From Cryptosporangium arvum DSM 44712 (lineage in GTDB: Bacteria; Actinomycetota; Actinomycetes; Mycobacteriales; Cryptosporangiaceae), in NCBI RefSeq assembly GCF_000585375.1, contig NZ_KK073874.1, positions 7,257,913 through 7,289,912 on the forward strand: a stretch of 32,000 nt of DNA. The letters are read 5' to 3'. The position numbers and the translations under genes were made by a program. Position 1 is the stretch's first letter. The number at the start of each line of letters is the position of its first letter. Of the stretch, positions 1 to 8,755 are shown piece after piece. The notes under the pieces are model-generated. The model was not told the DNA's origin and searched no databases. It saw only the letters and a program-made list of their open reading frames with translations.

Positions 1-150
1 CGCGGCCCAGCGTGGGCGCAACTCGGCCGGCCCCGCGAGAACCAGGTGGAGCTCTGGATCCGTGGAAAGCGCGGCGAGCGCACCGTCGACGACGGCGTCG
101 GGAGCACGATCGCCCCCGAGGAGGTCCAGCGCGACCCGGACCGGGCGCAC
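1..150 (-). CDS. plsX: Phosphate acyltransferase PlsX, N-terminal fragment (gene runs off the left edge)
   Basis: This minus-strand frame is absent from the ORF track. GTG at 150 is followed by VRPVRVALDLLGGDRAPDAVVDGALAALSTDPELHLVLAGP..., which matches the PlsX N-terminal pattern [IV]A[VL]D.MGGD.AP..V.G. It lies directly downstream of rpmF, a common arrangement. The RBS is weak and only 50 codons are visible. Confidence 0.55.
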   Translation of the reverse strand, partial: MRPVRVALDLLGGDRAPDAVVDGALAALSTDPELHLVLAGPAELRPRWAA

Positions 151-239
151 GGCAGCGACCCGGGCGTACGTCGCCGCGGCGTCCGGGGACGCCGCGGTGG
201 AGACGTGCGCCGGGTCACCGGCCGAGCGTCTCCTCGGGC

Positions 240-413
240 TCAGACCGCGACGACCTGACGGCCGTTGTAGTAGCCGCAGTTCGAGCACGCCGCGTGCGGC
301 AGCTTCGGCGACCGGCAACGGTCGCACGGCTGCGTGTTGACCACGGTGGTCTTCCACTGGGCGCGGCGCGAGCGGGTGTTGCTGCGCGACATCTTCCGCT
401 TCGGAACGGCCAC
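240..413 (-). CDS. rpmF: 50S ribosomal protein L32
   Basis: A 57-codon ORF, below the track length cut-off. GTG at 413 gives [57 protein letters not shown], with TGA at 240-242. It has the canonical L32 N-terminus (AVPKRK.S...RR) and a CxxC...CxxC zinc-ribbon form. It lies 30 nt downstream of yceD. Confidence 0.92.
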   Translation of the reverse strand: MAVPKRKMSRSNTRSRRAQWKTTVVNTQPCDRCRSPKLPHAACSNCGYYNGRQVVAV

Positions 414-443
414 GGCTCTAGCTCCTGAGTTCTTCGATGGGTG

Positions 444-1028
444 TTACGTGGGCTGGCTGCCGCGGCCCGGGTCTTGCAGCGACTGCAGTGCGGCCCACCG
501 GGGGTCGGCTGCGTCGTGCGAGTGCTCGGGCGGCAGATCGTCCCAGTGGACCCCGCAGTCGGGGCACAGTCCGGGACAGTCGTCGCGGCACAGCGGGTTG
601 CTCGGCAGTGCCAGCACCACCGCGTCCCGCAACGCCGGCTCCAGGTCGAGAAAATCTCCCTGCAGCCGACTGACCTCGTCCTCGTCGGTCGTCTCGTCCG
701 TTTCGCTGTCCGGGTAGGCGTACAGCTCCTGGATGTCCACGTCGACGGTGTCCTGGAACGGTTCGAGGCAGCGACCGCACTCGCCCTCGATCGGGACCGA
801 GACGGTGGAGGAGACGAGTACGCCTTCCAACACCGATTCGAGCCTGAGGTCGAGTTCGAGCGTGGCCCCTACCGGGACCCGGACCAGGTCCAGGCCGAGA
901 TCCTCCGGCACGGGGACGGGGCGGCGTAGGCGCTTCATCGACCCTGGCCGGCGACCGACCTCGCGTGTATCGAACACGAGGGGCTTCCGGGGGTCGAGGC
1001 GCTCCTGCGTCTTCCTGTTCTCGGGCAT
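444..1028 (-). CDS. yceD: YceD/DUF177 family protein (large-subunit rRNA accumulation protein)
   Basis: The track ORF 444..1412 is over-extended and its upstream part is Arg/Ser-rich junk. ATG at 1028 gives MPENRKTQERLDPRKPLVFDTREV..., with the paired Cys motifs GECGRCLEP and DCPGLCPDCG and the acidic stretch typical of DUF177. It sits immediately upstream of rpmF, the classic pairing. Confidence 0.9.
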   Translation of the reverse strand: MPENRKTQERLDPRKPLVFDTREVGRRPGSMKRLRRPVPVPEDLGLDLVRVPVGATLELDLRLESVLEGVLVSSTVSVPIEGECGRCLEPFQDTVDVDIQELYAYPDSETDETTDEDEVSRLQGDFLDLEPALRDAVVLALPSNPLCRDDCPGLCPDCGVHWDDLPPEHSHDAADPRWAALQSLQDPGRGSQPT

Positions 1029-1137
1029 GATGATCTTTCGGCGCTGGTGAGGCCGTCGCGGAACTCTACCTGAGTACGACGGCCAGAATCGAATCGGACC
1101 CGGTTCGGGCCCGACGTACAAGCGTACTGCGAATGAG

Positions 1138-1632
1138 CTAGAACGGCAGCGGGCGGTCCTCCGCGGTGGTGTCGAAGCCGCCGATCTCGGAGAGGGCGCG
1201 CATCTTGTCGCGCCCGCGTTCCACCGTCGCGAGCGTGCGGTTGAGCATCTGCTCGAAGTTGGCCAGCGTGGTGTCGACGTACTCCTCGACCTCGTCACGC
1301 AGGCGCTGGGCCTCCGCGCGGGCCTCCCCCACGATGCGTGCCGCCTCGTGCTCGGCGGAGACCGTGACCTCCGCCACCGAGACCAAGCGCTGGTGTTCGA
1401 CCTCACCCTCACCGATGATCCGGTCGGCCTCGCGCTGGCCGGCCGCGATCACCTTGTCGCGCTCGTCGAGCAGCGCCTGCGCGCGGCGGATCTCGGTCGG
1501 CAGGTCCGCGCGGAGCTCGTCGAGCATCCCGAGAAGCTCGTTGCGGTTGACGATCGCGTTCGACGACATCGGCATCGACCGTGCGGACTCCGCGAACGCG
1601 CTGATCTCATCGATTCGGTCGAGTGGGTCCAC
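1138..1632 (-). CDS. Coiled-coil protein, positional equivalent of mycobacterial SepIVA (Rv2927c) / DivIVA-like, often annotated as ATP synthase b-like
   Basis: A 164-aa ORF starting at GTG 1632 with very high GC3. The sequence is rich in E/R/A heptad-like helix (EADRIIGEGEVEHQRLVSVAEV...EARAEAQRLRDEVEEYVD). It sits between coaD and yceD, where actinobacteria carry the SepIVA-type gene. Family assignment rests on synteny and composition, not on a search. Confidence 0.7.
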   Translation of the reverse strand: MDPLDRIDEISAFAESARSMPMSSNAIVNRNELLGMLDELRADLPTEIRRAQALLDERDKVIAAGQREADRIIGEGEVEHQRLVSVAEVTVSAEHEAARIVGEARAEAQRLRDEVEEYVDTTLANFEQMLNRTLATVERGRDKMRALSEIGGFDTTAEDRPLPF

Positions 1633-1719
1633 AGCACGGCTCCGGTTCGGTAGCTCTGAGGTGTCGTCATCCTGCCGCGTCCGGCGTTCTCCGGCGACCT
1701 CGGAGGGGTGTGGCGGCCC

Positions 1720-2202
1720 TTATGACTGAGTATCGAGCCGATCGACCAGACGACGTCGTACCGCCTCCGGTACGTGCGCGGACACGTCGCCACCGTACTT
1801 GGCGACCTCTTTGATCAGGCTGGACGACAGGAAAGAGAACAGGGGGTTAGTAGCCATGAACAGCGTTTCCACACCGGCCAGGCCATGGTTCATCTGGGCC
1901 TGCTGCAATTCGTAGTCGAAGTCGCTGACCGCACGCAGCCCCTTCACCACCACCGGGATGTCGTTGGCCTTGCAGTAGTCGACGAGCAGGCCGCTGAACG
2001 TGTCCACGCGCACGTTCCCGTAGGAGGCCGTCACCTCCTCGAGCAACTCGATGCGCTCATCCACCGTGAACAGACCGGCTTTGCGCGGGTTGATCAGAAC
2101 CGCCGCCACGACCTCGTCGTAGAGGCGACTCGCCCGTCCGATGATGTCGAGATGACCATTCGTCACCGGGTCGAAAGAGCCAGGACACACAGCGCGTCTC
2201 AC
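1720..2202 (-). CDS. coaD: Phosphopantetheine adenylyltransferase
   Basis: Signature motifs CPGSFDPVTNGH and SSSLIKEV are present. The track start at 2220 is a TTG. The more likely start is GTG at 2202, which forms a GTGA overlap with the rsmD stop (2199-2201) and gives the usual (M)RRAVCPGSFDP N-terminus. Confidence 0.95.
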   Translation of the reverse strand: MRRAVCPGSFDPVTNGHLDIIGRASRLYDEVVAAVLINPRKAGLFTVDERIELLEEVTASYGNVRVDTFSGLLVDYCKANDIPVVVKGLRAVSDFDYELQQAQMNHGLAGVETLFMATNPLFSFLSSSLIKEVAKYGGDVSAHVPEAVRRRLVDRLDTQS

Positions 2203-2756
2203 GAACGGCGACCGTACCAAAGCGTTCCCTCGCCGTAACGGCGCTCACGTACTGCGACCAGTGGCTTCGACCACACCCAGGGCTCGCCGCGGGTGCTGCG
2301 CTCGACGATCACCAGGGCGTCTGAACCGAGCCAACCAGAGGAATCGAGATCGGCCAGCACGGCCGTGAGGGCCTCCCCGGGCAGGGCATAGGGCGGATCG
2401 GCGAACACCAGGTCGAACCGGTGCGTAGCGGGCGAGGCAGCGAACCGTTCGACCGGGCCGGACCAGACCTCCGCGCCGGGAAGCTTCAACGCCGTGGCGT
2501 TGGCGCGCAACGTCCGTACGGCCTTCGGATCGGATTCGACGAGCGTGGCCGTGGCGGCCCCGCGCGAGAGCGCCTCGAACCCCACGGCACCGGACCCGGC
2601 GTACAGGTCGAGAACGTGGGCTCCCTCCAGCCGGAGCGCCGCCTGTACCGCGCTGAACATCGCCTCCCGGGCCCGGTCGGACGTCGGGCGCGTGCCCTTG
2701 CCCGGCGGGACGTCGATGCGCCTGCCCCCGGCGCTCCCGGCGACGATCCTGGTCAC
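2199..2756 (-). CDS. rsmD: 16S rRNA (guanine966-N2)-methyltransferase RsmD
   Basis: Motifs IVAGSAGGRRI, RPTSDRAREAMF, LDLYAGSGAVG (SAM pocket) and FADPPY are present. The GTG start at 2756 overlaps the recG stop (GTGA). Confidence 0.9.
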   Translation of the reverse strand: MTRIVAGSAGGRRIDVPPGKGTRPTSDRAREAMFSAVQAALRLEGAHVLDLYAGSGAVGFEALSRGAATATLVESDPKAVRTLRANATALKLPGAEVWSGPVERFAASPATHRFDLVFADPPYALPGEALTAVLADLDSSGWLGSDALVIVERSTRGEPWVWSKPLVAVRERRYGEGTLWYGRRS

Positions 2757-5035
2757 GTCTTCTCCAGGTAGTCGGCCGCGTCCGGGTCGACGAGCGCGTC
2801 GACGGCCGCGGCCAGGCCCGGGTAGGCCCGCAGCTCGGGATCGTCGGCGATCAGCGCGGTGGCCTCGGTGCGGGCGTCCCGGATGACGTCCTCGTCACGC
2901 ATCAGCGACAGCAGCTTGAGGCGCGAGCGACGCCCGGACTGCGCGACGCCGAGCACGTCACCCTCGCGACGCTGTTCGAGGTCGAGCTGGGCCAGCTCGA
3001 AACCGTCGGTGGTGCTCGCCACCGCGTCGAGCCGCTCGCGGGCCTTCGTGCCTGCCGGTGCGTCGGTGACCAGCAGGCACAGCCCGGCCGCGCTCCCCCG
3101 GCCGACCCGGCCGCGCAGCTGGTGGAGCTGGCTGACGCCGAAGCGGTCGGCGTCCATGATCACCATCGCGGTGGAGTTCGGCACGTCCACGCCGACCTCG
3201 ATCACGGTCGTGGCCACCAGGACGTCGAGCCGGTGCGCGGCGAAATCGCCCATCACCGCGTCCTTCTCGTCGGGCGGCAGCTTGCCGTGCAGGATGCCGA
3301 TCCGCAGCTCGGAGAGCGGCCCCTCGGCGAGCTTCGGCGCCACTTCGAGCACGGCTAGCGGCGGCCGCTTCGACGTTCCCTCGTCCTCGGGCGGCGGCTC
3401 GAGGTCGGGGTTGTCGGCGCCGTCTTCCTCGTCCTCGTCGTCCCCGGCCAGGGCCTCCCCGATCCGGGGACAGACGATGTAGGCCTGGTGCCCGGCCGCG
3501 ACCTCCTCGTTGACCCGCTGCCAGGCGCGCGCCAGCCAGCCCGGCTTCTCCGCGACCGGCACCACCGAGGTGGCGATCGGCGACCGGCCGCTGGGCAGCT
3601 GGGTGAGCGCCGAGGTCTCCAGGTCGCCGAAGACCGTCATCGCGACCGTGCGCGGGATCGGCGTCGCGGTCATGACCAGCACGTGCGGCGGCGTCTCGCC
3701 GCCCTTGGCGCGCAGCGCGTCGCGCTGTTCGACGCCGAACCGGTGTTGCTCGTCGACGACGACCAGGCCGAGGTCGGCGAACTCGACACCCTCGGAGAGC
3801 AGCGCGTGCGTGCCGACGACGATGCCGGCCCTGCCCTCGGCGGCCTCGGCGAGCGCGGCCCGGCGGGCGGCGGCGGGCAGCGAGCCGGTGAGCAGCGCCA
3901 CCCGGGTGGCGGTCCCGGCGGCGTCGAGCTCCCCGGCCCTGGCCATCGGGCCGAGCATCGCGCGGATCGAGCGGGCGTGCTGCGCGGCCAGCACCTCGGT
4001 GGGGGCCAGCAGCGCGGCCTGACCGCCGGAGTCGACGATCTGGAGCATCGCCCGGATCGCCACGACCGTCTTGCCCGAGCCGACCTCACCCTGGAGGAGA
4101 CGGTGCATGGGGTGGTCGGCGGCCAGGTCGTCAGCGATCTCGTCGCCGATGCGGGCCTGGCCGTCGGTGAGCGCGAACGGCAGCGCGGCGTCGAACGCCT
4201 CGAGCAGGCCGCCCAGCCGCGGTGGGCGCGCGGTGGCCGGGCGCGCGGCGGCGGCCAGCCGGCGCTGGGCCAGCGTGGCCTGCAGCCCGAACGCCTCGTC
4301 CCACTTCAGGCGGTGGCGCGCCCGGTACAGGTCTTCCTTGGAGGCCGGGAGGTGGATCGCGCGGAGCGCGCTGTCCAGATCGGGCAGGTGGCGCCGCCGC
4401 CGGATGCCCTCCGGCATCGGGTCGTCGACGTCGGCCAGGATGTCGAGCGAGGCGCGCACCGCCCTGGCGATCGTCCAGGTGGGCACGTTCGCCGCCGCCG
4501 GATAGACCGGGATCAGCGCGTTCGCGAACTCGGCCAGCGCGTCGCCGGCCTGGCCCTCGGCCAGCTCGCCGGGCTCGGCGAGCAGCTGGTAATCGGGCTG
4601 GTTGAGCTGCAGCTTGTCGCGGAACTGGCCGACCTTGCCGGAGAACAGACCCCAGCGGCCGATCGTCAGCTGCCGCTCGCGCCAGGCCTGGTTGAAGAAC
4701 GTCAGCTGCAGCTGGCGCCGACCGTCGGTGACCGTGACCTCGAGCATCTTGCTGCGGGGCTTCTGGCGCATCGGGCGCACCGAGATCTTCTCGATCTTGG
4801 CCGCCACCGTGACGTGCTCGCCGATCTCCAGCGCCCCCAGGTCGGAGACCTCGCCGCGTTCGGCGTACCGCCGGGGGTAGTGGTGCAACAGATCGCCGAC
4901 CGTGTGCAGGTCGAGCTTCTCGATCAGCGCCTTCGCGGTCTTCTCTCCGACCGCGTCGCGCAGCGGCGAAGCGAGGGTGGGCTGCACCGAGGGGTCACCT
5001 CTCCAGGCTGTCGATGGCTGACCAACTCCTACCAT
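2753..5035 (-). CDS. recG: ATP-dependent DNA helicase RecG
   Basis: A 760-aa ORF with Walker A GEVGSGKT, a DEQHRFG box, HGKL...QLHQLRGRVGRG helicase C motifs and an N-terminal wedge region. ATG at 5035 is the longest start. GTG at 4987, preceded by GGAGAGG, is a plausible alternative start. Confidence 0.95.
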   Translation of the reverse strand: MVGVGQPSTAWRGDPSVQPTLASPLRDAVGEKTAKALIEKLDLHTVGDLLHHYPRRYAERGEVSDLGALEIGEHVTVAAKIEKISVRPMRQKPRSKMLEVTVTDGRRQLQLTFFNQAWRERQLTIGRWGLFSGKVGQFRDKLQLNQPDYQLLAEPGELAEGQAGDALAEFANALIPVYPAAANVPTWTIARAVRASLDILADVDDPMPEGIRRRRHLPDLDSALRAIHLPASKEDLYRARHRLKWDEAFGLQATLAQRRLAAAARPATARPPRLGGLLEAFDAALPFALTDGQARIGDEIADDLAADHPMHRLLQGEVGSGKTVVAIRAMLQIVDSGGQAALLAPTEVLAAQHARSIRAMLGPMARAGELDAAGTATRVALLTGSLPAAARRAALAEAAEGRAGIVVGTHALLSEGVEFADLGLVVVDEQHRFGVEQRDALRAKGGETPPHVLVMTATPIPRTVAMTVFGDLETSALTQLPSGRSPIATSVVPVAEKPGWLARAWQRVNEEVAAGHQAYIVCPRIGEALAGDDEDEEDGADNPDLEPPPEDEGTSKRPPLAVLEVAPKLAEGPLSELRIGILHGKLPPDEKDAVMGDFAAHRLDVLVATTVIEVGVDVPNSTAMVIMDADRFGVSQLHQLRGRVGRGSAAGLCLLVTDAPAGTKARERLDAVASTTDGFELAQLDLEQRREGDVLGVAQSGRRSRLKLLSLMRDEDVIRDARTEATALIADDPELRAYPGLAAAVDALVDPDAADYLEKT

Positions 5036-5053
5036 CCGCCACCGACAAGTCGG

Positions 5054-6640
5054 TCACTCGACGCCGATGAGCAGGGCCGCCCGGGGTTGGCCGCCGGTCA
5101 GCACGTGCACTTCGCAGAAGGGCCAGCGGGTGCGCAGGTGGGCCGCCAGCGCGTCGCCGAGCGTGGGCGGCGCCGCGGCCCCGAGCACCAGCGTGACCAG
5201 CTCCCCGCCGGCGTTGAGGAGCCGGTCGAGCAGGTCCGCGGCCACGCCGGCCACGTCCGCGCCGATCGCCACGACGTCGCCGTCGACGAGCGCGAGCACG
5301 TCACCGACGTCGCACGGGCCGACGATCGTCAGCCCGGCCCGGTCGGCGACGACGACCTCGGCCGAGCGGGTCGCGGCGGCCGCCTCCGCCATCGCGACGA
5401 CGTCCTCGCGGAACGGCCGGGCGGCGGCGGCGACGGCGAGCGCCGCGATGCCCTGGACCGGGGACCGGGTGTGCAGGACCGAGACCGTCCGCCCGGGACC
5501 GGCCGCGGCCGAGGCGGCCTCGGCCACCGCGGCGTGCGCCCCGTCGTTGGGCAGCAGCACGACCTCGGCCGCGCCGGTGCGGCCGAGCACGTCGACGAGC
5601 GCGTCGACGGTCAGCCCGGCCCCGTCGACCGGCACCGCACCGGCCGCGGCGAACAACTCGGCCAGACCGGCTCCCGGCACCAGCGCGACCACCGCGCGGT
5701 CCGCACCCGGCGCCACGGTCGGCACGGCCGGGCGAGCGCCGGCGATCAGCGGGGTGACGACCACCCCGTGCGGGCGACCGGCGTCCAGACCGGCCTCCAG
5801 CGCGGCGCCGATGTCGTCGCCGTGGACGTGCACGGTCCAGACCGACTTCGACCCGTCCCCGGGGTCGGCGCACGCCACCACGACCGAATCGCCCACCGCG
5901 GTCAGCCGCGTGCGCAGGCCGGCGATCCGCACGTCGGCGTCGGCGTCCACGTCGAGGAGGTACTGGATCTCCCACCCCGCCTGCTCCCCGGCCACGACGA
6001 CCGGCCGGGGCGAGGACGGCGCCGACAGGTCGAGCGCCTCGCCCCGCGCCACCGCGTCCAGCACCTCGAGCATCACGACCAGACCGCGCCCACCGGCGTC
6101 GACCACGCCGGCCATGGCCAGCGCCGCCAGCTGCGCCGTCGTGTCCTCCAGCGCGAGCTCGGCCGCCCGCAGCGCGGCCGAGGTCACCACCGCCGGTTCG
6201 TCGGAGCCGGCGTCCACCGCGCCCCGCGCCGCCGCGGCGGCCACCGAGAGCACCGTGCCCTCGACCGGCTCGACGACTGCCGCGTACCCCGCGACGACCG
6301 CGGCCTCCAGCGCCGTGGCCAGCGCACGCCCCCGCACCGACGCGTCGCCCGGCAACGCGTCGGCCGCACCGGCCAGCAGCTGCGACACGATCATCCCCGA
6401 GTTGCCCCGCGCGCCCAGCAACGCGCCCCTGGCCATCGCGGTCCACACGTCACGCACGGTCGCGCCGCCCGCGTCGGCGTCGACCGCCGCCTGCAGGGTC
6501 AGCACGAGGTTCGTGCCGGTGTCGGAGTCGGCCACCGGGAAGACGTTCAGCGCATCGATCTCGGGCTGTCGGCGCCGCAGCGCGGCCAGCGTGCCGACGA
6601 ACCACCGCCGCACCGATTCGGCGTCGAGGCGGTCACGCAC
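5054..6640 (-). CDS. DAK2 domain fusion protein YloV (DhaL-like kinase subunit family)
   Basis: A 528-aa ORF starting at GTG 6640, 8 nt after GGAGGG. The N-terminal Dak2 signature is FPVADSDTGTNL...ARGNSGMI. It sits directly upstream of recG, as in most Gram-positive bacteria. Confidence 0.9.
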   Translation of the reverse strand: MRDRLDAESVRRWFVGTLAALRRRQPEIDALNVFPVADSDTGTNLVLTLQAAVDADAGGATVRDVWTAMARGALLGARGNSGMIVSQLLAGAADALPGDASVRGRALATALEAAVVAGYAAVVEPVEGTVLSVAAAAARGAVDAGSDEPAVVTSAALRAAELALEDTTAQLAALAMAGVVDAGGRGLVVMLEVLDAVARGEALDLSAPSSPRPVVVAGEQAGWEIQYLLDVDADADVRIAGLRTRLTAVGDSVVVACADPGDGSKSVWTVHVHGDDIGAALEAGLDAGRPHGVVVTPLIAGARPAVPTVAPGADRAVVALVPGAGLAELFAAAGAVPVDGAGLTVDALVDVLGRTGAAEVVLLPNDGAHAAVAEAASAAAGPGRTVSVLHTRSPVQGIAALAVAAAARPFREDVVAMAEAAAATRSAEVVVADRAGLTIVGPCDVGDVLALVDGDVVAIGADVAGVAADLLDRLLNAGGELVTLVLGAAAPPTLGDALAAHLRTRWPFCEVHVLTGGQPRAALLIGVE

Positions 6641-6719
6641 GGCAGCACCCTCCGGGGGTTCGGGTCCGCCCCGTATGGTGGCTCATCAGAGCGGCCGGAC
6701 CCCCGGCGACCCGGCCGGT

Positions 6720-6748
6720 TTGGCGCCGCTCAACGGAGTAGGTAGGCT
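6720..6748 (+). promoter_or_regulatory. Candidate sigma-A type promoter for rpmB
   Basis: TTGGCG (6720-6725), a 17-nt spacer, then TAGGCT (6743-6748, fits actinobacterial TANNNT), about 85 nt upstream of the rpmB GTG. Based on pattern match only. Confidence 0.3.
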
Positions 6749-6832
6749 GTTCGGGTGTCCCGCGCTTTCGTGGGCCGCCTCCCCGTGTGTAACACACGGT
6801 GGCTTTTGACCATCTAGTGCAGGAGTGTTTCC

Positions 6833-7024
6833 GTGGCGAGCGTGTGCGACGTCTGTGGCAAGGGGCCGGGCTTCGGCATGTCGGTCTCGCACTCCCACCG
6901 GCGCACTCACCGCCGGTGGAACCCGAACATCCAGACCGTTCGGGTTCCGGCGGGTGGCGGCACGACCGTGCGCAAGCAGGTCTGCACCTCCTGCATCAAG
7001 GCCGGCAAGGTCGTCCGGGGCTGA
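6833..7024 (+). CDS. rpmB: 50S ribosomal protein L28
   Basis: GTG at 6833 lies 7 nt after AGGAG. The protein [34 protein letters not shown]... is the canonical L28, in the Cys-containing (zinc-ribbon) form. Confidence 0.95.
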   Translation: MASVCDVCGKGPGFGMSVSHSHRRTHRRWNPNIQTVRVPAGGGTTVRKQVCTSCIKAGKVVRG

Positions 7025-7048
7025 CGCCTCGGCCCACCAGCTTCATCA

Positions 7049-7081
7049 CTGAAGGCGTAGCCCAGCGGGCTACGCCTTCAG
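7049..7081. terminator. Bidirectional hairpin terminator between convergent rpmB and the GNAT gene
   Basis: A perfect 15-bp inverted repeat, ctgaaggcgtagccc / gggctacgccttcag, with a 3-nt loop. There is no U-tract on either side. The GNAT stop codon (7078-7080) lies inside the right arm. Confidence 0.7.
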
Positions 7082-7578
7082 TGGCGTCGGCGCAGGTCCT
7101 TCTCGAGATGGATCGAGCCGTCCTCGTCGGCGTAGAGCCCGAACGGCGTGGTCGGCCGGTAACTCGCCGAGCGGTAGAGCGCGGTCGCTTCGGGCTGCTG
7201 ATCGCCGGACTCGAGAATCATCCGGGCGTAGCCCGCGGCCGCCGCCGTCTGCTCCAGCTCGGCCAGGATCAGCCGGGCGACGCCCCGGCGCCGGGCGGTG
7301 TCGGTCACGAACATCCGCTTGATCTCCGCGGTGCGCCCGGGATCGGCCGCGTCGTCGCGCCAGCCACCGCAGCCGACCGGCACGTCGCCGAGCCACGCGA
7401 CTAAGAACCGGCCCCTCGGCGGCGCGAACTCGGCCGGGTCGACCGGCGTCTCGTCGTGCCCGCCGTAGCGGACCAGGTACTCCCCCTGGAGCGCGGAGAT
7501 CAGTGTCGTGGCTTCGGGCGAGTCGTACGCGGTGGATCGCAGCGCGACCCGGGTGGCGGCAGAAGTCACGTCCTCCAC
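7078..7578 (-). CDS. GNAT family N-acetyltransferase
   Basis: A 166-aa ORF with the acetyl-CoA pocket motif RRRGVARLILAELE and a YxxxGY/F-type C-terminus (ALYRSASYRPTTPFG). GTG start at 7578, only 10 nt after the kinase stop. Confidence 0.85.
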   Translation of the reverse strand: MEDVTSAATRVALRSTAYDSPEATTLISALQGEYLVRYGGHDETPVDPAEFAPPRGRFLVAWLGDVPVGCGGWRDDAADPGRTAEIKRMFVTDTARRRGVARLILAELEQTAAAAGYARMILESGDQQPEATALYRSASYRPTTPFGLYADEDGSIHLEKDLRRRH

Positions 7579-7588
7579 CGTGCCACAG

Positions 7589-8755
7589 TCAGCTGGCGCG
7601 GGCCTCCGTGCCGGCGCTCCGGCTCCGCGGCGACCAGAGGCCGGCTCCGCGCCGACGCCGGTGGGCGCCGGTGCTGCGCCGCCGGGAGGCCTCGGCCGCG
7701 TCGACCCCCTCCAGCGATCCGGTCTCGACGTCCTCGTCGCCGCCGTCGAGCAGGTCGTCGAGCAGGTCGTCCTCGACCGGCGGCAGCACGTCGTCGACGG
7801 GGAGTTCTTCGGAGACCTCGGCCACCACGACCGCGGCCGTGGGCAGGTCGGCCGGGTCCGGCAGCTCCGACTCCGGCCGAGCCGGGGCCGCGGCCGGGGC
7901 CATCATGAACGCCGGACGCTCCATCGACGCCGCGATCTGCGGGTCGTGCACCGCCAGCAGCTTGCGGCACTGCAGCGCGGTCGGGCGCTGGCGCGGGTCG
8001 AGCGCGGTCATCGCGCGGATCAGACGGCCGAGCGGCGCCGGGGTGTGCTCCGGGACCACCGGCTCGCGGTGCAGCCGGGCCATCGCGGCCTCGAGCTGCC
8101 CACCGGGGTACTCGCGCTTGCCGGTGAGGCACTCCAGCAGCACCAGTCCGAGCGCGTAAACGTCACAGGGCGGTCCGACCGGACCGCCCTGTACCTGCTC
8201 CGGCGCCAAGTAGGGAGCCGTACCGACCACCACGCCCGAGCAGTCGGTCTCCTCCGCGCCGGTGGGATGGGATATCCCGAAGTCGGCGAGGAACACCGAG
8301 CCCTCGTCGGCGCACAGGACGTTCGACGGTTTCACGTCGCGGTGGACGATTCCCCGGGCGTGCACGTGGTGCAGGACGTCGGAGAGCACCGCGCCGACCC
8401 GGACGACGTCTCGCGGCGCGAGCGGGCCGGCGGCGATGCGACGCCCCAGCGTGCGCCCCTCCACCTGCTGCATGACCAGGTACTCGTGGTCGTCGTGCCA
8501 GCCGACGTCGTAGAGCGCGACCAGGCCGGGGTGGTTGAGCGCGGCCAGCAGGCGGGCCTCGTCACCGCAGCGCCGGTCGGAATGCGCGCCGGCGCGGGTA
8601 CGGAACATCTTCACCGCGACGTGCCGCCCGAGCCGGAGATCACGGGCCTGGTAGACGTCCGAGGCTCCGCCGCCGCCGAGACGCTCCTCGATTTCGTACC
8701 GGCCGTCGAGGACGACGGGTGGGTCGGAAACAAGGGAGGTCTCGGTCGCCTTCAC
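7589..8755 (-). CDS. Serine/threonine protein kinase (soluble, Hanks type)
   Basis: Motifs present: Gly loop LGGGGASDVYQA, VAVK lysine, catalytic loop HRDVKPSNVL, DFG, and APYLAPE. The C-terminal ~110 aa has no hydrophobic span. It is acidic (DDLLDDLLDGGDEDVE) and then basic (RRRSTGAHRRRRG). GTG start at 8755. Confidence 0.9.
   Translation of the reverse strand: MKATETSLVSDPPVVLDGRYEIEERLGGGGASDVYQARDLRLGRHVAVKMFRTRAGAHSDRRCGDEARLLAALNHPGLVALYDVGWHDDHEYLVMQQVEGRTLGRRIAAGPLAPRDVVRVGAVLSDVLHHVHARGIVHRDVKPSNVLCADEGSVFLADFGISHPTGAEETDCSGVVVGTAPYLAPEQVQGGPVGPPCDVYALGLVLLECLTGKREYPGGQLEAAMARLHREPVVPEHTPAPLGRLIRAMTALDPRQRPTALQCRKLLAVHDPQIAASMERPAFMMAPAAAPARPESELPDPADLPTAAVVVAEVSEELPVDDVLPPVEDDLLDDLLDGGDEDVETGSLEGVDAAEASRRRSTGAHRRRRGAGLWSPRSRSAGTEARAS

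Noticed and set aside
444-1412. Long N-terminal extensions in the track for yceD (322 aa), plsC (531 aa), fbiD (442 aa), the PLP enzyme (447 aa) and the Nudix gene (335 aa)
   Set aside because: The track reports the longest possible ORFs. The extensions overlap neighbouring genes, are Arg-rich and lack family similarity. Internal starts with an RBS or a 4-nt overlap give normal-length proteins.
3488-6745. 1085-aa plus-strand ORF, the longest in the track
   Set aside because: It runs antisense across recG and the DAK2 gene, both of which carry unambiguous family motifs. Its product is an Arg/Gly/Asp/Pro-rich string with no motif. This is the usual stop-codon-poor antisense frame of very GC-rich DNA.
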